This document shows positions 29,956-39,200 of a stretch of 40,006 bases of DNA, in pieces. A program made the position numbers and the translations under genes. Within the stretch, counting starts at the first letter, position 1; every line of letters begins with the position of its first letter. The notes below the pieces were generated by a model. The model was not told the origin of the DNA and did no database searches. It was given only the letters and a program-made list of their open reading frames with translations. This stretch comes from Lachnospiraceae bacterium (lineage in GTDB: Bacteria > Bacillota > Clostridia > Lachnospirales > Lachnospiraceae). The stretch lies in assembly GCA_036570305.1 (NCBI GenBank), contig DATCYL010000014.1, positions 1 to 40,006 on the forward strand, written 5' to 3'.

Positions 29956-31725
29956 ATGGCAAAAATCGGAATTGACCTGGGAACAACAACCTCGCTGGTT
30001 TCTGTGTATAGGGATGGAAAGGTGGAGCTGATACCTAATAAATTCGGTAATGTGACGACACCAAGTGTGGTTGGAATTGATGAAGACGGAAGTTTGATTG
30101 TGGGTGAGATTGCAAAAGAGCGTTTGATTAGTCATCCGGATAAAACCGTCGGGTCTTTTAAAAGATATATGGGTACAGATAAGACTTTTGTTTTGGGAGA
30201 TAGGAAGTATTCTTCCGAGGAACTTAGTTCTTTTGTGATTTCATCTTTGTTAGAAGATGCAAAAAACTATTTGCAGGAGGAGATTAAAGAGGCAGTCATT
30301 TCTGTTCCGGCTTATTTTCATGACAAGCAGAGAGTGGCGACAAGAAAAGCGGGAGAACTGGCGGGTATCAAGGTCAATCGTCTGATTAATGAGCCAAGTG
30401 CAGCAGCCCTTTTTGCCTATATGGAAGAAGAGGAGGAAAAGCGCTTTTTGATTTTTGACTTCGGTGGCGGAACTTTGGACATTTCCATTGTAGAATGTTT
30501 TGAAAACATGGTGGAAATCCTGGCGGTGGCAGGGGATAACCATCTTGGCGGTGATGATTTTAATCAAGTGATTGCCAAAAGCTTTTTAGAGGAGCATAAA
30601 ATTGCAGGAGATGATTTATCCAAAGAAGATTATGCCGGACTTATAAAGACGGCGGAGTCTATAAAAAGACAATTAAGCGAGCAAGAAGAAGTGTTAATGT
30701 ACTGGAATTATCGGGGGCAGACTTACCAAAGCACCTTTCATAGCCAAAGATTAATCGAGGACGGAGCTGCTTTGTTTGGAAGAATGAAAGGTGTTATTCA
30801 TCATGCTCTAAGAGACGGTCAATTTATGGCAAGGGATATGAATATGATTATTTGTGCCGGAGGCTCCTCAAAGATGCCGGCGGTCAGAGAGTATTTACGT
30901 CACTTGTTTGGGGATGTCAGCCAAAGTACGGCAGATGAGCAGGAGATGATTGCCAGAGGATTGGGAACTGTGCTTGGTATTATGGATCGGGAAGAAAAGG
31001 TGAGAGATTATATTTTGACCGATATTTGCCCATTTACTTTAGGTATTGCTACTTTAAATGAAGCAGATCCTGATAACAGCTATATGACACCGATTATTCC
31101 GAGAAATACAGCTCTTCCAAGCTCCAGAGTAAAAAGGTTTTATACCACTTACGATAGACAAAATCATATTTCTGTACGAATCAGTCAGGGTGAGGATCCT
31201 TATGAAAAGAACAATCTCTTTTTGGGGGAGCTTTCTATACCGGTAAGACCGAGACCGGCAGGGGAAGAGTCTATTGATGTGCGTTTTACCTATGATATAG
31301 ATGGGATATTGGAAGTGGATGTAACGGTGGTATCCAGTCAAACAAGCACAGGTAAGGTTTTTGCCAAAGAAGTTGATAAAAAAGAACTGGGAATAGCCAG
31401 AAAAAATTTGCAGAAATTAAAACACCATCCCAAAGAAGATGCAAAAAATATTTTGTTAAAGGAAAGACTTTTGTCTGCCTATGCTATGTCTATGGGCAAT
31501 ACCAGAGAATTTATTATGCATTTACTCAATCAGTTTGAAGAGACTTTAAACAGCCAGGAAAGCAGGCGTATTCTATTTTATCAAAGATATTTGGAGAGAA
31601 GTCTGGAAGAAATAGAAAAAATAGACCCATTCTATCAGCCGGAGGAGTTTGCGGAAGAAGATTTTGAGGATGAATGGGATGATGATACAGAGGATGATGG
31701 TATAGAGGAAGAAGACTATGAATAA
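29956..31725 (+). CDS. Atypical Hsp70-family chaperone (HscC-like, 589 aa) with a short lid and an acidic tail
   Basis: Actin-fold motifs are IGIDLGTTTS, DFGGGTLDISIV and ICAGGSSKMPAV. The SBD motifs are LTDICPFTLGIA, RNTALPSS and FTYDIDGILEVDV. The C-terminus is EEDFEDEWDDDTEDDGIEEEDYE. Confidence 0.9.
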   Translation: MAKIGIDLGTTTSLVSVYRDGKVELIPNKFGNVTTPSVVGIDEDGSLIVGEIAKERLISHPDKTVGSFKRYMGTDKTFVLGDRKYSSEELSSFVISSLLEDAKNYLQEEIKEAVISVPAYFHDKQRVATRKAGELAGIKVNRLINEPSAAALFAYMEEEEEKRFLIFDFGGGTLDISIVECFENMVEILAVAGDNHLGGDDFNQVIAKSFLEEHKIAGDDLSKEDYAGLIKTAESIKRQLSEQEEVLMYWNYRGQTYQSTFHSQRLIEDGAALFGRMKGVIHHALRDGQFMARDMNMIICAGGSSKMPAVREYLRHLFGDVSQSTADEQEMIARGLGTVLGIMDREEKVRDYILTDICPFTLGIATLNEADPDNSYMTPIIPRNTALPSSRVKRFYTTYDRQNHISVRISQGEDPYEKNNLFLGELSIPVRPRPAGEESIDVRFTYDIDGILEVDVTVVSSQTSTGKVFAKEVDKKELGIARKNLQKLKHHPKEDAKNILLKERLLSAYAMSMGNTREFIMHLLNQFEETLNSQESRRILFYQRYLERSLEEIEKIDPFYQPEEFAEEDFEDEWDDDTEDDGIEEEDYE

Positions 31726-32653
31726 AGAGGAAGCATGCAGGCTTTTGCAAATTAGGCAGGGAGCAGATCAAAGAGAAGTTAAGAGGCAATTTGCAAAGCT
31801 CTCCAGACTTTATCATCCGGAGGAACACCCTAAGGAATACGAAAGGATTTATGAGGCTTACCGATTTTTGCTCGGCAGCTTAAAAGATCCGACTTCTATG
31901 GGGGCGTCTGAGTCTCAAAAATCTGCTTTCTCAAAAGAGCAGGAGAGCTTTTGGGGGGATAGTCAGGCGATATTTGCCGAAGATAAAATAGAAAAGAATA
32001 CCTCAGATTTAAGCTTTGCAAATATAAACTTTGTAAAAGAAGACGTAGAAGAAAAAGAGCCGGATGCAAAGATAGATTTTAGGATTTTAGAAGATAGGAA
32101 AGAGAGCGAAAATGATGAAAATAAACAAGCTTCACCTTACCGGACTCTTTTTGAGAATATAGAAGAAAAGCACGAAGAAAGAAAAGAAAAAAATGCCTTT
32201 TCTTTTGATAATATAAAAGAGGTGGACTTACAAAGAAGTAGGGAGGAAATGGAAAAAGAAGAAAGAAAAGAAAAAAGGCAGCTATCCTTTAAAAAGGGAC
32301 CTGTGGTATTTTTCTTTCTTGTAAATGTTTTAGGACTTCTTATCAATAGTGACAATCATTTTTCTTTGCTGGAATGGTTGGGACTTTTCTTTGGGCTGTC
32401 TATGTTGGCATTTTTGCTCTTGTTTGTGTTTGCTTACCTAAGACGCAAGTTTTCTGCCTGGGGCAGTGTTTTTTGTATGTCTTTTCTTATGTGTCTTGCC
32501 TTGTTTATCATTTATATGCAAATTATGGATAGGGTGGGAGAAAAAGTAGAGGAAGGACTTGCTGTGATAATTTTTCTCCTCCTTATAGTAAGTATTTTCT
32601 CAGGACTGATTGCCCTCTTTCGAGCACTTTTAAGGAGGAGAAAAAGAGGTTAG
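31718..32653 (+). CDS. Membrane-anchored J-domain-like protein (311 aa) with HPE in place of HPD, a K/E-rich linker and four C-terminal TM helices
   Basis: It overlaps the Hsp70 stop by 8 nt. The J-like helices II/III are EVKRQFAKLSRLYHPEEHPKEYERIYEAYRFL. The C-terminal hydrophobic segments are VVFFFLVNVLGLLI, LGLFFGLSMLAFLLLFVFAYL, VFCMSFLMCLALFIIYMQI and LAVIIFLLLIVSIFSGLIALF. Confidence 0.8.
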   Translation: MNKEEACRLLQIRQGADQREVKRQFAKLSRLYHPEEHPKEYERIYEAYRFLLGSLKDPTSMGASESQKSAFSKEQESFWGDSQAIFAEDKIEKNTSDLSFANINFVKEDVEEKEPDAKIDFRILEDRKESENDENKQASPYRTLFENIEEKHEERKEKNAFSFDNIKEVDLQRSREEMEKEERKEKRQLSFKKGPVVFFFLVNVLGLLINSDNHFSLLEWLGLFFGLSMLAFLLLFVFAYLRRKFSAWGSVFCMSFLMCLALFIIYMQIMDRVGEKVEEGLAVIIFLLLIVSIFSGLIALFRALLRRRKRG

Positions 32654-32979
32654 GACAAGAGTGTTTTGATTAGATTTTGCTTTTCTTCGGTAGATAAGCT
32701 GTGTCCGTTACGAGCAATTAAAGTTTGCAGTGTTTTATAATCCACTTCTGTGTTTGGAAGTGGATTTTTTTGTTTTAAAGATTTTCGTCCCATAAGGGTA
32801 TCCATATCCACCTGAAAATAATCGGCAATGATTCCCAAAGTATGGATATCCGGCTCTCTTTCCCCTCGTTCATACATGCTGATAGCACTTCGGGAAATCT
32901 TGAGAGCTAATGCTAAATCTGCTTGCGAAATCTGATTGTCGATGCGAAGTTGCTTGAATATTTGAGCAAAATTATTCAT
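32650..32979 (-). CDS. XRE-family helix-turn-helix transcriptional regulator (109 aa)
   Basis: An AGGAG RBS is present. The HTH_3 motif is IFKQLRIDNQISQADLALALKISRSAISMYERGEREPDIHTLGIIADYFQV. Confidence 0.9.
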   Translation of the reverse strand: MNNFAQIFKQLRIDNQISQADLALALKISRSAISMYERGEREPDIHTLGIIADYFQVDMDTLMGRKSLKQKNPLPNTEVDYKTLQTLIARNGHSLSTEEKQNLIKTLLS

Positions 32980-33078
32980 AAAAGACTCCTATTCTATCTC
33001 TTTTCACGCACTTGTTAAAAAAAGGATAGCATTGGAGAAGGAAAAAGTAAAGGCAGAAAATAAAAGAGAAAAAAGATG

Positions 33079-33107
33079 TTGACACAAATCGTGGCAAGTG
33101 ATATAAC
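33079..33107 (+). promoter_or_regulatory. Sigma-A promoter (extended -10) driving the RHS toxin gene
   Basis: TTGACA (33079-33084), a 17-bp spacer, then TGaTATAAC (33099-33107). Confidence 0.6.
33081..33095. promoter_or_regulatory. Operator-like site O1, GACACaaatcGTGgC, overlapping the -35
   Basis: It is an imperfect copy of the GACAC-N5-GTGTC inverted repeat. Confidence 0.5.
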
Positions 33108-33116
33108 ATAGTTACA

Positions 33117-33131
33117 GACACAAATCGTGTC
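33117..33131. promoter_or_regulatory. Operator-like site O2, GACACaaatcGTGTC, at or near the transcription start
   Basis: It is a perfect 5-N5-5 inverted repeat that begins 10 bp downstream of the -10 hexamer and has the same spacer as O1. Confidence 0.55.
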
Positions 33132-33235
33132 TTTCATATAGATGATTTTTCTTGCCCGGGATAGGAAAATATCAGTGATATAGTTATTGCTATGCAGTGT
33201 TTTAAAAAGAAAAGAAAATTTTTTTAAAACAAAAA

Positions 33236-33250
33236 GACACGAAAAGTGTC
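33236..33250. promoter_or_regulatory. Operator-like site O3, GACACgaaaaGTGTC, just upstream of the RBS
   Basis: It is a perfect 5-N5-5 inverted repeat, 11 bp upstream of the AAGGAG RBS (33261-33266). Confidence 0.5.
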
Positions 33251-33277
33251 ACAAAAAGAAAAGGAGAAAATAGAAAT

Positions 33278-36200
33278 ATGAAGAAAGAAAATAGTTTTGT
33301 AAGTCCTCTTTTATTTGAGGATAAAGCTCAGAGAGAAATACATAGTAAAGTGTTTTACAGTAACAATCATGGAGGTGTAATAGCTATTTATCCCAGTGCT
33401 GTACATTATAAGCAGGGTGATCAATTTATAGAAATTGATAATAGCCTTTACAGAGAAGAAATGACAGGAAGTTTAAAAAATCGAAATCCGCATTTTTCGG
33501 TAGAATTTTTACCGGCTCAAAAAGAAGAGAATACTTTTATTAAAGTAGCTAAAGAGGGATACCTTTTGAAATTTGGGATTTATCAAGAAAATGAGAAGAG
33601 CGTCTTGGCTCAAATAGAAAATCAGAATCCGATAGAAGAAAATGCAAAAGAGCTTTGGGGATATCCTAAAGAACTAATACGGAATAAACATATGTCAAAA
33701 GCGACTTATCCGGAGATTATGAAGGGAGTAGATATTTCTTATATATTATCGGGAGAAACTTTGAAAGAAAATCTGGTTTTAAAATCCAAAGAGGCATTGG
33801 AACATTCTTTTGTTTTTTCTTTTATCCATGAGTCGTTAAAAACAAAAAAGGGAAGCGATGGAAGCCTAAATTTTTATAATGAGGGCAGGTTGATTTATCA
33901 CATACCGGCACCTTGTATGTATGACGCTATGGGGAATTATAGTAAAGGGATTTATTATGATATTTTAGAAGAAAAAGATAATCAGTTAAAGGTAGAGTTA
34001 AAAGTAGATAGAGAGTGGTTACGGGCAGCAGATAGAGCCTACCCAATTGTTCTGGATCCTAATACAGAGACAAATAAAGTATCTAAAGATATTGCTGATA
34101 CTTTTATTAAGCAAAAGTCCCCTAATGATGCAGTAGTATCTACGTATGGTTCTTTTTATGTAGGGAAAAACAGGGAATATGGTATTTGCAGAAGTTTTTT
34201 AAAGTTTAATAAACTTCCGTTATTACCTTCAGGAGCAATTATTTATGATGCGAGGATTTGCGTATGGCAATATAAATTTTCAGCAGATGATGAAGCGGCA
34301 TTTCCTATTCATGCCCATAGGGTAACTTCTTCATGGAGCTCGGGAAAAACCACATGGAATCAGGCGCCTTCTTTTGAAGAAAAGGTTTTGGATTATACGA
34401 TGGCAGAACCGGTAATAAAAGATGGACATATGCAGATAGTACCTAAAAACTTTCATGTAACTAACTTGGTAAGAGATTGGTATAATTATCCTCAGAATAA
34501 CCATGGAATCATGCTAAAGGCAGCAGATGAAAATAAGTTTTCAGAGTCAGTTTTTGTTACCTCTGATTATCCGGGAGGCAATGCATTAGGAATCAGTGGC
34601 GAACAGTTTCCGTGTGGACTTATTTATTATAAAGATGCCACAGGTCTTGAGGATTACTATAGCTACCATAGTCAAGAGACTTATAGAGCAGGAAGCGGTT
34701 TTGTGAATGACTATAATGGAAACTTGGTATGGAAGCATGTTGATGCCACTACTCACAGTGGGATTATGCCTGCCATACTTTCTCATGTTTATAATTTAAG
34801 CGATGGGGATACATGGAGACGTGTAGGACGAGGCTTCCGCTTGAGCGGATATTGCGAATTAAAAGAAACGACAAATCGTGACTACCCTTATTTTTATGTG
34901 GATGAAGATGGAAGTAGCCACTATTTTTACAAAGATAGTAGTGATGGGGATAAGTTAAAGGATGAAGATGGCTTAGGATATATTTTAACTGGGCTCTCTT
35001 CAAGTGATGGAGACTATTACTATACAATGGAGGATAAGGAAAAGAATAAAAAATTTTTTGCTAGAGATGGGCGTCTTACCAAAGAGCAGGATTTGCATGG
35101 CAATAAAATCACCTACACTTATCAAAAAGATATGTATGGCTACTATTTAACTAAAATTACGGACAGCGAAGGATATAGTATCACCCTTACGTACACAAAT
35201 ACATTTTTAACTAAGATAGAGGATAGTATAGGTAGGGCAACTTTGTATGATTATGATCAGGATGCACATTTAATTAAGGTAACTTACCCTGATAAAAAGG
35301 AAAGTAGATTTTTCTACAACGGACATAAATTAAATAGGGTGGTGGATGCCAACGGTTATGAAATTTGTTATGACTATAGCATGGATATGTCAAGCCCGAG
35401 AGTGTGTAGGATTATAGAAAAGGGCAATGGTGAAGTTGGACAGATTATAAAAATCATCTATAAAAACGGAAGCACTACTATATTTGAAGAATCAGGTTTA
35501 GATGGAAATATAGATTCTTCTCAGGATAATAAGGTTTATACCTATCATTTTGATGATGAAGGTCGCTTGCTTTGTGTGCATGATGAGGAAGGAAATGCAA
35601 ATAGTTATGAGTACTTTAGAGAGGGAATGAAAAATCATAAGCTGTCTAAAGTAGGTAGTATGAGCAAAGCAATAAGAAACTATTTGTTAAATACCCGATT
35701 TGAAGAAGATTTAAAAGAATGGGAGCTTCATCAGGATAAAAAAGAGTCTGGCATGGTAGAAGTAAGTAACGATACCGGGTACATAGGAAATAAATCTCTT
35801 CACATTATAAGTAAAGAAAGCGGTATGGGTAAAGTGGGTATCAGGCAGTATAAGGATTTAAAGGAGGGACTTTACACAGCATCTGCTTATATAAAAACCA
35901 AAGACATTGAAGAGGGGCACGGTGGTTTCCATATTAGTATCATCGCTTTTACAAATGATGGAGGATTTGCTTTTATCAAAAATTCTCAAAGTTTACATGG
36001 GAGTACAAAAGAGGAGATTAATCAAGGTTGGGAAAGGGTAAGTGTGACATTTTCTGTCTCTAATAATTATAAGGGTGTTTTTGTCATTCCTAATATAGAA
36101 AATAGTAAGGGAGAGGCTTATGTTACTTGTCTTCAGCTAGAGGAGGGAGAGGTAGCAAATCCCTTTAATATCTTGGAAAATGGAAGCTTTGAGGAAGCAA

Positions 36201-39200
36201 AAGAGAATGCAGCTATACCAAAAGGATATGAAGGAATCTCTACCGACAATGTACTTTGGCATGACGGACGTATTTTAAAAGGAGGAAGAGATAGCGAATA
36301 CGGACTTCGTATTTACGGAAATAAAGATTTAAGAAAAGGTTTTTGGAAATATATCCCTATTAGTGGCGACGAGAATGACACCTTTATTGTCAGTGGTTGG
36401 GCAAAAGCGAATGCTATTTGGGGAAAAGAGTTCTCGATAGTTGTCGGCTTTCTTTATACGGATGGAAGCTATAAGTGGGAGGAAATTCCTTTCCACCCGG
36501 GAATTATGGACTGGCAATATGTAAGTAAGGCGATTAGTCCTAATGACTTTGACGGAGACACCAAAAAATCATATAAGGCAATTTTGTTTCATGTTTTCTT
36601 TGCAAATCAGATTAACGATGCTTATTTTGATGATTTTCAGATAATCAGAGATGATGCAGAAAGCTTTATTTATGATAAAAATGGAAATCTTTTATCGGCA
36701 GGTAGTGTAATAGAATCAGAAAAGTTTGCTTATGATAAAGAGCAAAACTTAAAAAAGCTTATAAGTGCAGAACAAGGAAATTTTGAGTATGGACAAAATG
36801 GAAAGAAAGATTTAGTAAGAGCAAAAAATACAGAAGGTATCAGCTATCATTTTGCTTATGACGAAAAAGGAAATCCTACGGGTGCGGTGATTACCGGAAG
36901 TAAGTGGGATAAGGCGGTTTCGGTAAATGGTGTCTACTATGTTAGAGAGAGGTACTCGGGAAATTACCTAACACTAAATGAAATTACCGGTGCAAATACA
37001 GCAAAGGTGGGATTAAATAAGCTAAAAGGAGATGATAGGCAAAAGTGGCAGGTAAGAGATGCCGGTAAGGGTTATATGACTTTTGTATCCTTAGCTGATA
37101 AGACGAAGGCGCTAGATATCTATGGAGGAAATGATGTAGATAATACACTTGTGACAGCTTTTTTAAAGAACGCAACAGATGCTCAAAAATTCAAGCTGGA
37201 GTTGATGGAAGATGGGAGTTATCAGATTCTTTCAAAGTGCAAAAGCCAAACGAGGGGACTTACCAATGCGAGTGCTTCCTATGCAGAGGGAGCAGAGGTG
37301 TCTATATGGACAACTAATAAAAGCTATGACCATCAAAAGTGGTATTTTGTACCGGCACAAAATCCTTTAGAGGGAGATAGGTTGATAGCAGAAAAAGAGC
37401 AAATGTGTATGCTAAAGTTTGCTATGCACGAAAAATATATGGATGTCTATGGTGGACAAATAAAGGAGGGGGCAAAACTTTCGTCTTATTACAAGCACGG
37501 AGGAGACAATCAGAGATTTATCTTGGTAAAAGAAGCTGATACTACGGTGACTATCCGCCCGGCTTATGAAAGAGGATTCGCTCTTGCTGTAGACGAAACA
37601 ACAGATAAAATTTTACTCAAACCTTATCAGGCAGGAAATGTTTCTCAAAGATTTAAGGTAGAGAAAAGGCAGGGAGGATACGTTTTTATCAAGGAACATA
37701 GTAAACGATATTTATGCCTTGAGGGGGATAAAAAAGAACAAGGTATTGATGTGTGCTTATCAAAAGAAAGAGAAGAAGCACCTCCAAGTGCAATTTTTAT
37801 CATAGAAGACATCAGTGAAAAAATAGAAACAAAGATGACCTATACACCTAAAGCTAAGCAGGTAGCAACAACCATAGATGCAAGAGGTCATGTGACAACC
37901 AATATCTATGATAAAGAGGAGAGACTACTCTTATCGACTACGAATGCCAAGGGAGTAAAAACAGAATATAGCTATGATTCCCTTACAGATAAACTGGTGG
38001 AAGTAAAGGGAAGTGCGGGAGAAGAAAGAAAAATTCTATATTCCTATGATAAGGCAGAGCGTTTAAGCAGCATCTCCCATAATGGATTTACTTATCAGTA
38101 TGGCTATGATAATTATGGGAATTTAAAAAGTATCATGGCAGGGGATGAATTGGTAGAGGAGAGGGAGTATCTGCCTCATAATGGAGAATTAAAGACTATC
38201 CGCTATGCAAATGGAGATAGCTGTAGTTATGTTTATGACAAGGAACTTAGAGTTAGAGAGACTTTGTGGAATGGAAAATTAGAGACAAAAAACACGTATG
38301 ATGTAGCGGGCAATTTAATCTGCCATGAGGATAGAAATGCAAACCTTACAGAATGCTTTGAATATGACCTGACAGGAAGACTGACAGGAATTAAAGAAGA
38401 TGGAGGTAGCAATCTCTTTATTTCTTATGATGAAAAAAACAGAATGAAAAACATTTATGAGTCAGTGAAAGCGGGTGAAAAAGAAGAGATAACAAAAACA
38501 GATTATCTGTATGGAAATGTTCAAAAAGGAGAGGGAGAAAATCTTCTCTACGGCATTTGGATAGATGGCAAAGAAGCACTTTCCTATAGTTATGATGATT
38601 TAGCAAGAATTAAAGAAGAAAAGGTAGTGTTGAAAGATAAGACTACGCAGAAAGATTATGTAAAAAGCTACACCTATCTGCCGGGACAAAAAGCAGGTAC
38701 AACTACGACGGTAGTAGAGACCGTGAGCCAGGGCGATATCACCAGTCGATATACTTATGATGAATTGGGAAATATCGCAGATATCTATGAAAATGGACAG
38801 CTGAAAGCCAGATATACTTATGATGGATTTAACCAGCTTATTAAAGAGGACAGCCTTTGGGAAAATTTGAGCATTACCTATAGTTACGATAATGGTGGAA
38901 ATCTTATATCTGTTAAAAAATATAAGTATGAAGAGGGCGAAATTAAAGAAGAAAATCTGATAAAAGAAGATATCTACGGATATCAGGTAAGTGGATGGAA
39001 AGATCAGATGATTTCTTTCAACGGAGAAAAATTCACCTATGATGCATTGGGAAATCCTATATCTTATTTTGGGAAAAAACTGACTTGGAGTCGAGGAAGA
39101 GAACTATCCAAGATAGAGGCAGGGAATCAAAAAGTTCAATACTTTTATAATGCTCAAGGATATCGTATCCGAAAAAGTATAGAAGAAAACGGAAAAAAAT

